Positions 51,648 to 62,057 of a DNA stretch of 64,000 nt are shown here, piece after piece (position 1 is the first letter of the stretch; every line of letters begins with the position of its first letter). Under the pieces are notes generated by a model. It was not told the origin of the DNA. It saw nothing but the letters and a program-made list of their open reading frames with translations, and did not search any database. This DNA is from Thermodesulfobacteriota bacterium (lineage in GTDB: Bacteria; Desulfobacterota_D; UBA1144; Nemesobacterales; Nemesobacteraceae), in contig OZ220467.1 of NCBI GenBank assembly GCA_965116075.1, forward strand, positions 1,722,509 through 1,786,508, written 5' to 3'. A program made the translations under genes and the position numbers.

Positions 51648-52535
51648 ATGTCACTTATCATCAGACTCACAGCAGAGATTCCGGTACACATAACGGTGGA
51701 GGTTTCAGACCTGATGTTAGGACTTGGAGCACAGGCTGTCAGTGAAGAAAGTAGAGAATTCAAAAATCCTCTGGTACATGCATATTTTGAGCAAGAGACA
51801 GATACAAGTACAATCAACCAGACGATAAACGATTTTCTTTTTCTACTTGACCCTGACAGTGAACCAGTCAGGTTCTATTCTCAAATCATCAAACCCAAAG
51901 ACTGGGAAGAATGGAGATCTCATCTGAAGTCAGTAAGGGCAAGCCGCCGTATAACGATTAGGCCCCCTTGGGAAAGACAACAAAGTGCAGAAAAAGAGAG
52001 GGTTAATGTTGAAATAAACCCAGCAGCCGCATTTGGTACCGGTCACCATGAGACAACGAAGATATGCATAGGCTTTCTTGATGAAATTCTTGAAGACCAC
52101 ACACTCTCTAGGGTGCTTGATATTGGGTGCGGGAGCGGCGTTCTCGCCATCTGCTCAGTTTTGCTTGGAGCGCACATGGCGACGTGCGTAGATATAGATT
52201 CAAACGCAATAAAGGAGACTCTTTTGAATTCGAGGAGAAATGGAGTATCTGACAAAATAAGAGTCTTATGCGGATCAATTGATTGTGTATGCGAGAAATT
52301 CGACGTAATAATGTCTAACACATCAAAAGAGACCCTTATTTCTATGAAGGACCAATTTAGGAAAAGACTCTTACCGCAAGGCTATCTGATAATCTCCGGA
52401 ATACTGATTACAGAAAAAAACCAGATAAAAAGCATATATAAAAACTCGGGTTATGATGTCATAAACCATAAGTCTCAAGGAGAATGGGCAGGAATACTTT
52501 TTATACACAGCGCATCAATGACAAAGCAGGCATGA
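51648..52535 (+). CDS. prmA: Ribosomal protein L11 methyltransferase
   Basis: IRPPW, INPAAAFGTGHHETT, VLDIGCGSGVL, LIISGI. Confidence 0.93.
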   Translation: MSLIIRLTAEIPVHITVEVSDLMLGLGAQAVSEESREFKNPLVHAYFEQETDTSTINQTINDFLFLLDPDSEPVRFYSQIIKPKDWEEWRSHLKSVRASRRITIRPPWERQQSAEKERVNVEINPAAAFGTGHHETTKICIGFLDEILEDHTLSRVLDIGCGSGVLAICSVLLGAHMATCVDIDSNAIKETLLNSRRNGVSDKIRVLCGSIDCVCEKFDVIMSNTSKETLISMKDQFRKRLLPQGYLIISGILITEKNQIKSIYKNSGYDVINHKSQGEWAGILFIHSASMTKQA

Positions 52536-53581
52536 ATTCCTTTAATACCATAGAATGGAAAAACGATAAGGTCGTTATGATTGACCAGCGAGAACTTCCC
52601 ACAAAAGAAATATATCTTCAGTGCGACACATTTGAAGAAATCGCCGACTGCATAAAAAATCTTGCAATCAGAGGAGCGCCCGCAATAGGAATAGCGGCGG
52701 CTATGGGAATGGCGCTAGGGTCTCTCCATACAAGTGACAACTGTAGTTACGAAGAGTTTGTAGAACAAATGAAAACTGTATCAGAAAGACTAGCCGTTAC
52801 CCGCCCAACGGCGGTAAATCTTTTCTGGGCTATAGAAAGAATGAATGCACTTGTTTCTGCAAACCGCAAAAAGAAAGTAAAAGAGATCAAAGACATTCTT
52901 GTGGCAGAAGCTGTCTCCATACAGCAAGAGGACTTCAGCACATGCATCCAAATCGGGGAACATGGATCTCAACTCATAGAGAAAGACTCAGTGGTACTTA
53001 CTCACTGCAATGCCGGAGGACTTGCTACTGCGGGTTATGGAACCGCTCTTGGGGTAATACGCTCGGCTTTTTATCAAGGGAAAAACATAAAAGTTATATC
53101 TTCTGAAACTAGACCGGTTCTACAGGGAGCAAGACTTACCACGTGGGAACTTGAGCGCGAAGGTATACCAGTCCGTCTTATAACCGATAATATGGCCGGA
53201 CATCTGATGAGCAGAGGCGCTATCCACTCGGTAATCGTTGGAGCGGATAGGGTGGCTTCAAATGGAGACACGGCAAACAAAATAGGAACCTATTCCCTGT
53301 CCATTCTAGCAAAGCATCATAAGATCCCTTTTTACGTCGCAGCCCCCACTTCGACTATAGATCGCAACTGTTTAAAGGGGGAAGACATTGTAATTGAGCA
53401 ACGAGACCCGGAGGAAATAACTTATATAAACGGAAAGCGCATAAGTGCCGAAGTGGATGCGATCAATCCCGCATTTGACATCACTCCCGCAGAAAACATC
53501 GAATGCTTAATAACTGAAGTCGGTTTGTTCAGAAAACCTTTAACTAAAACACTCGCATCCTTAAAAACAGGAGACCTCTAG
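52532..53581 (+). CDS. mtnA: S-methyl-5-thioribose-1-phosphate isomerase
   Basis: IDQRELP, IRGAPAIG, RPTAVNL, LTHCNAGGLATAGYGTALG, ETRPVLQGARLT, NKIGTY. Confidence 0.96.
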   Translation: MNSFNTIEWKNDKVVMIDQRELPTKEIYLQCDTFEEIADCIKNLAIRGAPAIGIAAAMGMALGSLHTSDNCSYEEFVEQMKTVSERLAVTRPTAVNLFWAIERMNALVSANRKKKVKEIKDILVAEAVSIQQEDFSTCIQIGEHGSQLIEKDSVVLTHCNAGGLATAGYGTALGVIRSAFYQGKNIKVISSETRPVLQGARLTTWELEREGIPVRLITDNMAGHLMSRGAIHSVIVGADRVASNGDTANKIGTYSLSILAKHHKIPFYVAAPTSTIDRNCLKGEDIVIEQRDPEEITYINGKRISAEVDAINPAFDITPAENIECLITEVGLFRKPLTKTLASLKTGDL

Positions 53582-54027
53582 TTTTCTCTTTCAATCTCCT
53601 CTTGAGCCTCAATACTTAACTTTGTAAAGGGCATGGCGAATAATCTTTCTTCTCCTATTTTCTCTCCAGTGACTTCACAGTAACCGTACTCACCGTTTTC
53701 AATTCTCTTCAGCGCATCATCTATTTGATACAATTTACTTCTCTCCCTGCTTGAAAGCGTGAGCGCAAGTTCTCTCTGCCTGTCTTCGGACGCACGGTCA
53801 TAAAAATCTCCAACATTAAAACGTAAATGATCAGACTCTTCTTTCATTGATTTGGATACATCTTGAAGAAGTTCACTTCGCATCTGTTTTAGCACTGATG
53901 TGATCTGCCCAAGGAATTTTTTCGTGTATTTTTTAGACTTGGTTCCTCGGGAAGAGGTTTTTACCACAGATAACGTTCTTTTTTTTGAAGACTTTTCTTT
54001 AGTCTGTTTTTTGCTTCTTTCTGGCAT
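53578..54027 (-). CDS. DksA/TraR family protein with only one Cys (zinc-independent type)
   Basis: DFYDRA tip, IDDALKRIENGEYGYCEVTGEKIGEERL.AMP..LSIEAQE. Start at MPERS. Confidence 0.88.
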   Translation of the reverse strand: MPERSKKQTKEKSSKKRTLSVVKTSSRGTKSKKYTKKFLGQITSVLKQMRSELLQDVSKSMKEESDHLRFNVGDFYDRASEDRQRELALTLSSRERSKLYQIDDALKRIENGEYGYCEVTGEKIGEERLFAMPFTKLSIEAQEEIEREN

Positions 54028-54192
54028 ATAAATCTCCCAACAAACAAGATTTGCACTTCTCAAAAGAGTAGATTAAAATAAGAATCCTATTGTTTTTGTC
54101 AACCACTATTATCAATAAAATCTGTCTTCGTTTGCAATAAAAGCGGGCATCCGTAGCAATCTAGGTCTTGTTATAACCATTTTTGCTCTAAA

Positions 54193-55752
54193 ATGAGAAA
54201 CGGCGCATCTAACAAAAGGGACGCTTGGTCTACCAAGACGGGACTGATTCTCGCAATGGCGGGTAATGCCATAGGCCTTGGTAACTTCCTCAGATTTCCC
54301 ACACAGGCTGCAGAAAACGGTGGCGGCGCCTTTATGATCCCCTATTTTATAGCTTTTGTCTTTCTAGGAATTCCGCTTATGTGGATTGAGTGGGGAATGG
54401 GTAGATACGGAGGCATCCGCAAGCACGGAAACACCCCTGCCATATTCAATCTTTTCTGGAAAAGCCCCATATCCAGATTCCTTGGCATCATAGGACTATG
54501 GATACCGCTTGTAGTAGTAATATACTATGTTTATATTGAGTCTTGGACCTTGGGTTACGCATTGCATTTCCTTATGGGAACCAACCCGGGAGTTGATGTA
54601 GGAACCGCGGCAACTGCTGCTGAATACACAAAGTCATACAGTAATTTTCTTTCTCATTACTTAGGTGCTGGGGAGGGAGTAATTCTCACCCCTTCAACAA
54701 TGGCGATAACGGCTTTTGTAATCACCGTGACGGCAAACTTCTACATTATGATGAAGGGAATATCAGGAGGCATAGAAATATTCGTAAGGTATGCGCTCCC
54801 AACTCTATTTCTTCTAGCAATAGTGCTTGCGGTTATAACCTTCACGCTTGAAACTGAGACCGGAACCGCTGTTGATGGCTTTAACTTCATGTGGAATCCA
54901 GATTTTACAGTCCTTAAAGACCCAGGTGTTTGGATAGCGGCCGCAGGGCAGATATTTTTCACTCTAAGTCTAGCTTTTGGAGCTATAATAACTTACGCAT
55001 CCTATGTAAAAGCAAATGACGATATAGCGCTTAGTGGTCTCACTTCCGCTTCAATCAATGAAACGGCAGAAGTGGTTCTAGGTTCTTCTATAGCTATTCC
55101 GGCAGCAGTAGCGTTTTTTGGGACCGCAAGCGTAGTCACAATCGCTCAGTCAGGCGCTTTTAGCCTTGGCTTTGTGAGCCTCCCCGCAGTGTTCAGTAGC
55201 GTTCCCGGAGATTTGCTGGGAATTGAAGTAGGGAGGATTCTTGGATTCATCTGGTTTTTCCTGTTATTTTTCGCTGGGATGACATCTTCAGTAGCAATAG
55301 CGTATCCAGTGGTTGAATTCCTTCAGTCTGAATTTAACTTCTCAAGGCAAAAATCCGTGGTATGCACCATGGTGATAATTATTGTAAACGTACTTCCCGT
55401 GATACTGGTAAGCGAGGTTCTTGATGTGTGGGACTTCTGGGCAGGTACTATAATGCTTGTGGTGTTTGGATTCATTGAGGTAGTGATATTTATGTGGGTA
55501 TTTGGAAGCGAAAACGCTTGGAAAGAGATGAATTCTGGAGGATTTATAAAAATACCTCGAATATTTTACTACGTAATGAAGTACATAACGCCTGTTTTCC
55601 TGTTAGTTTTAACTATACTATGGAGTTATGAAAAACTACCTTCGGTTATTTCAACTGGTGGGTGGAATATTTGGTTTGCAAGGTTATATCTCGTGGGATT
55701 GTTTGCCTTTCTCTCTGTTTTAGTTTATATAGCCGGAAGGAAAAAAACCTAA
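54193..55752 (+). CDS. Sodium-dependent NSS family transporter (LeuT-like)
   Basis: AMAGNAIGLGNFLRFP, GGGAFMIPY, GQIFFTLSL, FFAGMTSS. Confidence 0.95.
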   Translation: MRNGASNKRDAWSTKTGLILAMAGNAIGLGNFLRFPTQAAENGGGAFMIPYFIAFVFLGIPLMWIEWGMGRYGGIRKHGNTPAIFNLFWKSPISRFLGIIGLWIPLVVVIYYVYIESWTLGYALHFLMGTNPGVDVGTAATAAEYTKSYSNFLSHYLGAGEGVILTPSTMAITAFVITVTANFYIMMKGISGGIEIFVRYALPTLFLLAIVLAVITFTLETETGTAVDGFNFMWNPDFTVLKDPGVWIAAAGQIFFTLSLAFGAIITYASYVKANDDIALSGLTSASINETAEVVLGSSIAIPAAVAFFGTASVVTIAQSGAFSLGFVSLPAVFSSVPGDLLGIEVGRILGFIWFFLLFFAGMTSSVAIAYPVVEFLQSEFNFSRQKSVVCTMVIIIVNVLPVILVSEVLDVWDFWAGTIMLVVFGFIEVVIFMWVFGSENAWKEMNSGGFIKIPRIFYYVMKYITPVFLLVLTILWSYEKLPSVISTGGWNIWFARLYLVGLFAFLSVLVYIAGRKKT

Positions 55753-55850
55753 TGGATTTTTCATCTGCACTTTTTATGATCGTCTCTTGGTCAGGGGTAC
55801 TTGGTCTACTAGCTTTTTGCATAATAAAACTCTACAAAAAGTCAAATTAA
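55752..55850 (+). CDS. 32-aa single-TM protein, MetS-like NSS transporter small subunit
   Basis: MDFSSALFMIVSWSGVLGLLAFCIIKLYKKSN; TAATG overlap with the transporter stop. Confidence 0.7.
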   Translation: MDFSSALFMIVSWSGVLGLLAFCIIKLYKKSN

Positions 55851-55914
55851 CTTTTTCAGAAAATGGATTTTTAAATTAATTTCCCCCCGCCCATTAAACT
55901 GTAAAGTACAACAA

Positions 55915-56050
55915 CTAGTGTTGCGTCAAGGACAACATTGTGTGTATAATGTGTTTCAAGGCGATGGATCTGTGTTCTGAGACATCTTTCCACAACAAAG
56001 GAGAGGAACCATGAAGAAGTACATTGTGCGTCTGTCGGAAACGGAAGGAC
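55915..56050 (+). mobile_element. IS630-family left end with truncated transposase start
   Basis: CTAGTGTTGCGTCAAG terminus, AGGAGAGG RBS, MKKYIVRLSETE at 56011. Confidence 0.75.
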
Positions 56051-56192
56051 ATCTGGCTACGACCGCTTTCACAGGAATTGGAGACTAATCCTCAATCGCT
56101 CAAACCCTTTATAATCACCCTTTGAACGAACGCTTACCTAAATAGCGCTTTACTTTTAAAAGAAAAACATATATATATTTCTTTCATAAAAT

Positions 56193-56816
56193 ATGGGCAA
56201 GCACATCGACAGCACCGACAGCAAGATACTCCGGCGGATTCAGTCTCGCAAACGGGGCTGGGTCTTTACGCCTGATAGTTTTACGGATCTCGGTACCCGC
56301 CGCGCGATTGATCTTGCCCTGATGCGACACCGGCACAGCGGCCTTATCCGCCAACTGGGCCGGGGGCTCTATGATTACCCGAAAATCGACCCCCAGCTGG
56401 GCGCACTACAACCGTCAACGGATGATATCGCACGCGCCCTAGCCGGGCGGGATGCCATCCGTTTGCAGCCCTCCGGAGCCTACGCCGCCAATCTCCTTGG
56501 GCTTTCCTCTCAAATTCCCATGAAGGTCGTATATCTTACGGATGGTCGTACGCGGACCGTCCAGGTTGGCAAGCGCCAGATCCTCCTGAAGCACACCACG
56601 CCCCGCAACATGGCCACAGCAGGGAAGGTTAGTGGGCTGGTCATTCAGGCCCTGCGTCACCTCGGGAGGAAGAATGTCGATCAGCAAATCATCAAACGGC
56701 TCGATCAGCGACTTGATGATGCGGCACGCAAGCAACTGATGAAGAATATTCGATACGCCCCAGCTTGGATCGCCGATATCGTTCGCACGCTGGCCAGCCG
56801 GAAAAGCGTAGCATGA
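56193..56816 (+). CDS. AbiEi-like antitoxin (DUF6088)
   Basis: [58 protein letters not shown]. Confidence 0.85.
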   Translation: MGKHIDSTDSKILRRIQSRKRGWVFTPDSFTDLGTRRAIDLALMRHRHSGLIRQLGRGLYDYPKIDPQLGALQPSTDDIARALAGRDAIRLQPSGAYAANLLGLSSQIPMKVVYLTDGRTRTVQVGKRQILLKHTTPRNMATAGKVSGLVIQALRHLGRKNVDQQIIKRLDQRLDDAARKQLMKNIRYAPAWIADIVRTLASRKSVA

Positions 56817-57834
56817 AAAAATTCATTGAGTTGCCGGAAGAACGCCGCCGGCTGGTCTGTACGGAGGCTGGTGCGCAACTGAACCTGTTCGAGATCGCCG
56901 TCGAGAAAGACTTCTGGGTTTGTTGGACTTTGCGCAAGCTGTTTGAGTTATCAGAATGGGGCGAACACCTGACGTTCAAGGGTGGAACGTCACTGTCCAA
57001 GTGCTGGAACCTCATCGAACGTTTTTCCGAAGACATTGATATCGTCATCGACCGGGGTGTCCTAGGCTTTGGTGGAGACAGTGCACCCGAAACGGCACCC
57101 AGCAAGAAACAGACGACAAAGCGCCTCAAGGCGTTAAAAGAATCCTTCAACAAACCATCAGCGACAGGATTCAGCCGGCACTCACCGAATCAATTTCATC
57201 GGAACTGCCGGGCGAACTCGAATGGGTGCTCGAGCCCGACCCCGACGATCCCGACGGGCAGACCTTGCTGTTGGTCTATCCGACAGCATTCCCGGAGTAG
57301 GCCACCTATCTTCGACGTGCCGTGAAGATTGAGATGGGCGCCCGTTCCGATACGGACCCTGCCGAATCCATTGAGATCAGACCCTGTATCAGCGACGCAT
57401 TTCCGGATTTGCTCTCAGAGCCGCAGGCACGTGTCCGCTCGGTCATACCAAGACGCACGTTCTGGGAGAAGGCGATGCTCTTGCACGAGGAGACTTTTCG
57501 GCCGAAAGAAAAGCGGCGGCGGAAGGCCATGGCCCGGCACTACTACGACCTCTATCGCCTGATCCTCGCTGGCGTGGGCGATGAGTCTGCACGGGATATG
57601 GACCTGTTCGATCGGGTCGCCGCCCACCGTCAGGTCTTTTTCCGCCATACCTGGGTCGATTACTCAACGCTGAATCCCGGCCAATTGCGGTTATTGCCCG
57701 CGGATGCCGACCGGTCCACCTGGCAAACCGATTACGAGAGCATGCAGCAGGAAATGTTTTATGGTGACGTACCAACGTTTGATGAAATCCTCACGGTGGT
57801 GGGCGAGTATCAGACCAGGCTGAATGCTGTATAG
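56813..57834 (+). pseudogene. AbiEii nucleotidyltransferase toxin, inactivated
   Basis: [40 protein letters not shown]. Frameshift near 57143 and in-frame TAG at 57298-57300. Confidence 0.88.
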
Positions 57835-57945
57835 ATCGCGCCCGCGAAAACCTGTTCATAGCTGTCCACTGAGTCCCCGGGCCTTACCCGCCACGGCAAC
57901 GCGAGCCGCCAACTCGCGTGCCAAGGATGGGGCCGCGTCCAGCGG

Positions 57946-58033
57946 CAGGACCATTCAGTTTTCGTAGCGGAACTTTGGATTTGTCGGTTGGTAGAGGTTT
58001 TGGAGTGTTCGGACTGTGATTTGGACTTGAGAT
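57946..58033. mobile_element. Isolated end of an ISAs1-type element
   Basis: CAGGACCATTCAGTTTTCGTAGCGG..TTTTGGAGTGTT..TGTGATTTGGACTT matches 48669-48760. Confidence 0.75.
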
Positions 58034-58158
58034 AGCCTTTGTTACGCCCTGATAAAATTTAGTTGTATTACATATAAGAACAACTCAAAAATATTTGCCT
58101 TCAAACAGTAAAAACGATAATGAAACTCTGGTTAAACTCATGTCCGTGAGGCAAGGAC

Positions 58159-58234
58159 TGGCTCCGGCGGCAGGACTCGAACCTGCGACCTAATGATTAA
58201 CAGTCATCTGCTCTGCCAACTGAGCTACGCCGGA
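58159..58234 (-). tRNA. tRNA-Asn(GTT)
   Basis: TCCGGCGTAGCTCAGTTGGCAGAGCAGATGA-CTGTTAA-TCATTAGGTCGCAGGTTCGAGTCCTGCCGCCGGAGCCA, 76 nt. Confidence 0.97.
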
Positions 58235-58311
58235 ACTGCTGATAAATAGAAAAAACCCAAGAAATGGTTAATCTATACAAATAAGAAGAACAGTCAACAG
58301 GATGAAACAAT

Positions 58312-59211
58312 ATGTCCGATGATAAGAAAAAAGAAAAACAGCATGCGCCCACCTCCCACCTTCCTGTACCGTCCAACTCTCTGCAGAGTTATCTTGCGCA
58401 GATAAGAAATCACCCTGTTCTGAGCAAGAAGGAGGAATATGAACTGGCAACTAGATTTAGGGAAACTGGGGATGTCGAAGCCGCAAGAAAACTTATAATA
58501 TCAAATCTTAAGTTTGTTGTGCGTATTGCAAATGAATATAAAAACTACAATATAAACACCATGGACCTTATACAGGAAGGCAATATAGGGCTTATGAAAG
58601 CAGTACGAGGTTTTGATCCTACCAAAGGATACAGACTTATCTCCTATGCAGTATGGTGGATACGCGCATACATACAGAACCATATAATGAAAACTTGGAG
58701 TCTGGTAAAGGTTGGAACAAACCAGTCACAGAGAAAACTTTTCTATAAACTTAGATCAACCAAAAACAAAATTGAAACAGACGGCTCTGCACTACCGAAG
58801 GATGTACATTCCGAGATAGCTAGAGAACTTGATGTATCTGATAGTCAAGTGGTTGAGATGGATAGAATAATGTCAGCAAAAGATCTGTCTCTAGATTCAA
58901 ACTTAGAAGGTAATAAAAAATATACTTACTTAGATACTCTGGGGGATTCTTTTGACCATGAAAAGTTTATGGAAGATTCTCAAATTCGCCCTATAATAAG
59001 AAACAAACTAAATGAAGTAATGAAAAATCTAAAAAGTAGGGAAAAGTATATTCTTGAAAAACGCATTCTTACCGACGAACCTGAGACGCTTGAAAAGTTG
59101 TCCCAAAAATTCGACATATCAAGAGAACGCGTACGACAGATAGAGAAAAACGCTCTCCGTAAAATTAGAGAGAAGTTTCAAAAGGAAAACATCCAACCGC
59201 AAGACTTATAA
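58312..59211 (+). CDS. rpoH: RNA polymerase sigma factor, RpoH (sigma32) family
   Basis: DLIQEGNIGLMKAV, RLISYAVWWIRA, RpoH box QRKLFYKLR, SRERVRQIE. Confidence 0.85.
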   Translation: MSDDKKKEKQHAPTSHLPVPSNSLQSYLAQIRNHPVLSKKEEYELATRFRETGDVEAARKLIISNLKFVVRIANEYKNYNINTMDLIQEGNIGLMKAVRGFDPTKGYRLISYAVWWIRAYIQNHIMKTWSLVKVGTNQSQRKLFYKLRSTKNKIETDGSALPKDVHSEIARELDVSDSQVVEMDRIMSAKDLSLDSNLEGNKKYTYLDTLGDSFDHEKFMEDSQIRPIIRNKLNEVMKNLKSREKYILEKRILTDEPETLEKLSQKFDISRERVRQIEKNALRKIREKFQKENIQPQDL

Positions 59212-59301
59212 CTCGGTAAGTATTGCTGTTGTGCAAAAAGTTCGAATATTGAATAAGCGGCGTAATTTATAAAGACAAGCAGGTACGAAGATATTACGTA
59301 T

Positions 59302-61941
59302 TCAAACAAGTTCCCGTGCGCGGCGTAGCATTTCAGGTATTTTCTTGGGATTGTTTCCACCTGCCTGAGCCATCTGCCCCCTACCCCCACCCTTACCACC
59401 AACAAGTTCAGCAAGTTCACCAGCAAGTTCGCCCGCGTTGTAGGTGTCGGCAATATCCTTGGTAATACCTACCAGAAAAAAAACGCGTCCCGAATTCTCC
59501 GTAGCAAGAACCACAACTCCTTTCTTCATCTTCCCCTTGATTTTGTCCCAGAGAAAACGTAATTGCGCAGGACTAGGAACAGAAACTTTACAACACAAAA
59601 GATTCACCCCATTTACAGATTCTGTCTTGCTAATTAGTCCATCAGCTATTTCAGAAAGAGCTTTTGTACGGAAAGATTCGATTTCTGTCTGAAGTTGGAG
59701 GTTTTCATCAATCACTGAGGCGAGTCTTAAAGAAAGTTCCTGCCTAGGAGCATTAAGAGTTGAGGAAAATTCATTGAGAATGATGTCCTGACTTTTTATA
59801 TAGTTCCAAGCTGATCGACTACTTACGGCTTCTATTCTCCTCACTCCAGAAGACGATGCGCTTTCAGAGACTATTTTTATCATCGCTATCTCGCCTGAGG
59901 CGTTCACATGGGTTCCTCCACAAAGCTCTTTGCTATAGTCCCCTATTGTAACCACTCTTACCCTATCAGCATATTTCTCCTCGAATATCGCTGTTGCGCC
60001 ACTGTTTATAGCATCTTCGTAAGAAATATTTTCCTGCGTTATGACAGAATCATTTTTTCTTACTCTTTCATTGACTATCTCTTCAACTGCGTTGAGTTGT
60101 TGTTTTTTAATCGCCTCATAGTGACTGAAGTCAAATCTTAATCTGTCATATCCCACAAACGACCCTGCCTGATTCACGTGAGTTCCCAGAATTTCTTTCA
60201 AAACAGCGTGAAGAACGTGGGTTGAGGTATGATGAGCCGCCACTTCTTGGCGAAACACGGGGTTCACTTCCATCAAAACTTGATCACCAACGCGCACGTG
60301 ACCTTTTTCAATAACAACCTCGTGAATAAAAGCAAAACCTCCTAAAGAAAGTTGTCTTTTCTTGGTGTCATTGACTTTCGCCAAAAAACTTTCTCCCGTT
60401 ATCTTTCCTTTGTCTCCCGTCTGCCCTCCCGATTCTCCATAAAAAGGCGTCTTGTCGACAAACAACTGCACTTGTTCTCCCGCTTGAGCGCTATCAAGCC
60501 ATTTTCCGCCACTTGTTATCCGAGTGATGACACTATGACAGGAAAGCATGTTATAACCAACAAACTCTTGAGAAACAACGGCTAGATCCGCATCCTCTTT
60601 CGTTGTCTGTATATCCCGCACAATTCCGTCTTCTCTCGCTTTATGGGACTTGGCTCTTTGTTTTTGCATTTCTTCCTGAAAACCTTCAAGGTCAATGTCT
60701 ATGCCCTCGCTTCTTGCCACATCTTCAGTGAGATCAACTGGAAACCCGTAGGTATCATAAAGGCTGAAAACAACCTTGCCAGAAATCTTCCGAGTTTTTC
60801 CCAACTTCGCGATCTCTTCGTTAAGCAAGTCAAGACCTCTATCCATGGTTTCAAGAAACCTTTCCTCCTCGCTTTCCACCACCTGGGACACAAAATCTAG
60901 TTTCTCGCTGATCTCTGGATACGTCTGCCCCATTATTTCTTCAACCGAAGGTAAAATCCTATAAATAAAAGGCTCATTCATACCAAGGAATTTGGAGTGT
61001 CGTACAGCTCTTCTGAGTATTCTCCTAAGAACGTATCCTCTTCCCTCGTTCGATGGAAACACTCCGTCTGAAATAAGAAACGCAAGCGCTCTTGAGTGAT
61101 CGGCTATAACCCTCATTGCAACTTTAGTCTCGCGGTCTGCACAGTAATTCCTTCCAGAAAATTCTTCTATACAACTTATCACGCCTCTTAGCAAATCAGT
61201 TTCGTAATTGCTTTGCACTCCTTGTAACACAGATGAAAGCCTTTCAAGTCCCATCCCGGTATCAATGCTGGGATTTGGAAGATGCTTTATATCCCCTTCT
61301 TCGTTTTTTTCAAACTGCATGAATACCAAATTCCAAAGCTCAAGATAGCGGTCGCACTCACATCCAATCACGCCACAGCTCACCTTTCCACATCCAAACG
61401 CCTCACCCTGATCTATAATTATCTCAGAACACGGACCACAGGGGCCAGTATCTCCCATGGACCAAAAGTTGTCCTTCTCCCCCATCCTCACTATTCTTTC
61501 TCTGGGAATTTCAGTATCTCTATCCCAGATTTCATAAGCTTCGTCGTCTTCTTTGAACACCGTGGCCCAGAGTTTGCCCTTGGGAAGTCCATACACGTTG
61601 GTTATAAGGTCCCAAGCGTAACTTATAGCCTCTTGCTTGAAATAATCACCAAAAGAAAAATTGCCAAGCATTTCAAAAAAGGTGTGATGTCTCGCCGTAT
61701 AACCTACGTTGTCAAGATCGTTATGCTTGCCCCCAGCCCTGAGACATTTCTGGGAAGTGACAGCCCTTGTAAAACCCCTAGTTTCATCTCCGGTAAAAAC
61801 ATTTTTGAACTGAACCATTCCAGCATTGGTGAAAAGAAGGGTTGGGTCGTTTTCAGGAATAAGACCAGAGCTACGAACTGCTCTATGTCCTCTTGTGGAA
61901 AAGTATTCTACAAATTCTCTTCTTACATCTTTCCCTTTCAT
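59302..61941 (-). CDS. alaS: Alanyl-tRNA synthetase
   Basis: DPTLLFTNAGMVQFK, HHTFFEMLGNFSFGDYFK, HTSTH, ELCGGTHV, GGKGGG. Confidence 0.98.
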   Translation of the reverse strand: MKGKDVRREFVEYFSTRGHRAVRSSGLIPENDPTLLFTNAGMVQFKNVFTGDETRGFTRAVTSQKCLRAGGKHNDLDNVGYTARHHTFFEMLGNFSFGDYFKQEAISYAWDLITNVYGLPKGKLWATVFKEDDEAYEIWDRDTEIPRERIVRMGEKDNFWSMGDTGPCGPCSEIIIDQGEAFGCGKVSCGVIGCECDRYLELWNLVFMQFEKNEEGDIKHLPNPSIDTGMGLERLSSVLQGVQSNYETDLLRGVISCIEEFSGRNYCADRETKVAMRVIADHSRALAFLISDGVFPSNEGRGYVLRRILRRAVRHSKFLGMNEPFIYRILPSVEEIMGQTYPEISEKLDFVSQVVESEEERFLETMDRGLDLLNEEIAKLGKTRKISGKVVFSLYDTYGFPVDLTEDVARSEGIDIDLEGFQEEMQKQRAKSHKAREDGIVRDIQTTKEDADLAVVSQEFVGYNMLSCHSVITRITSGGKWLDSAQAGEQVQLFVDKTPFYGESGGQTGDKGKITGESFLAKVNDTKKRQLSLGGFAFIHEVVIEKGHVRVGDQVLMEVNPVFRQEVAAHHTSTHVLHAVLKEILGTHVNQAGSFVGYDRLRFDFSHYEAIKKQQLNAVEEIVNERVRKNDSVITQENISYEDAINSGATAIFEEKYADRVRVVTIGDYSKELCGGTHVNASGEIAMIKIVSESASSSGVRRIEAVSSRSAWNYIKSQDIILNEFSSTLNAPRQELSLRLASVIDENLQLQTEIESFRTKALSEIADGLISKTESVNGVNLLCCKVSVPSPAQLRFLWDKIKGKMKKGVVVLATENSGRVFFLVGITKDIADTYNAGELAGELAELVGGKGGGRGQMAQAGGNNPKKIPEMLRRARELV

Positions 61942-62057
61942 CATCATATAATTCTGACAGAGCAGAGATTTAACCAAGAACAACTTTCCCGCAAGGCAGA
62001 AAGTATATAACAGGAATTAAAAAAGGGGAATTGCCCAAGGTATTAAGGTTGGAAATA

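Noticed and set aside
57120-57325. Programmed frameshift in abiEii
   Set aside because: There is no clear slippery site, and an extra in-frame TAG follows in the shifted frame.
61282-62010. Long antisense ORFs (also 1545..2174, 31157..31832, 47596..48327)
   Set aside because: Each lies opposite a well-supported gene and has no recognisable motifs.
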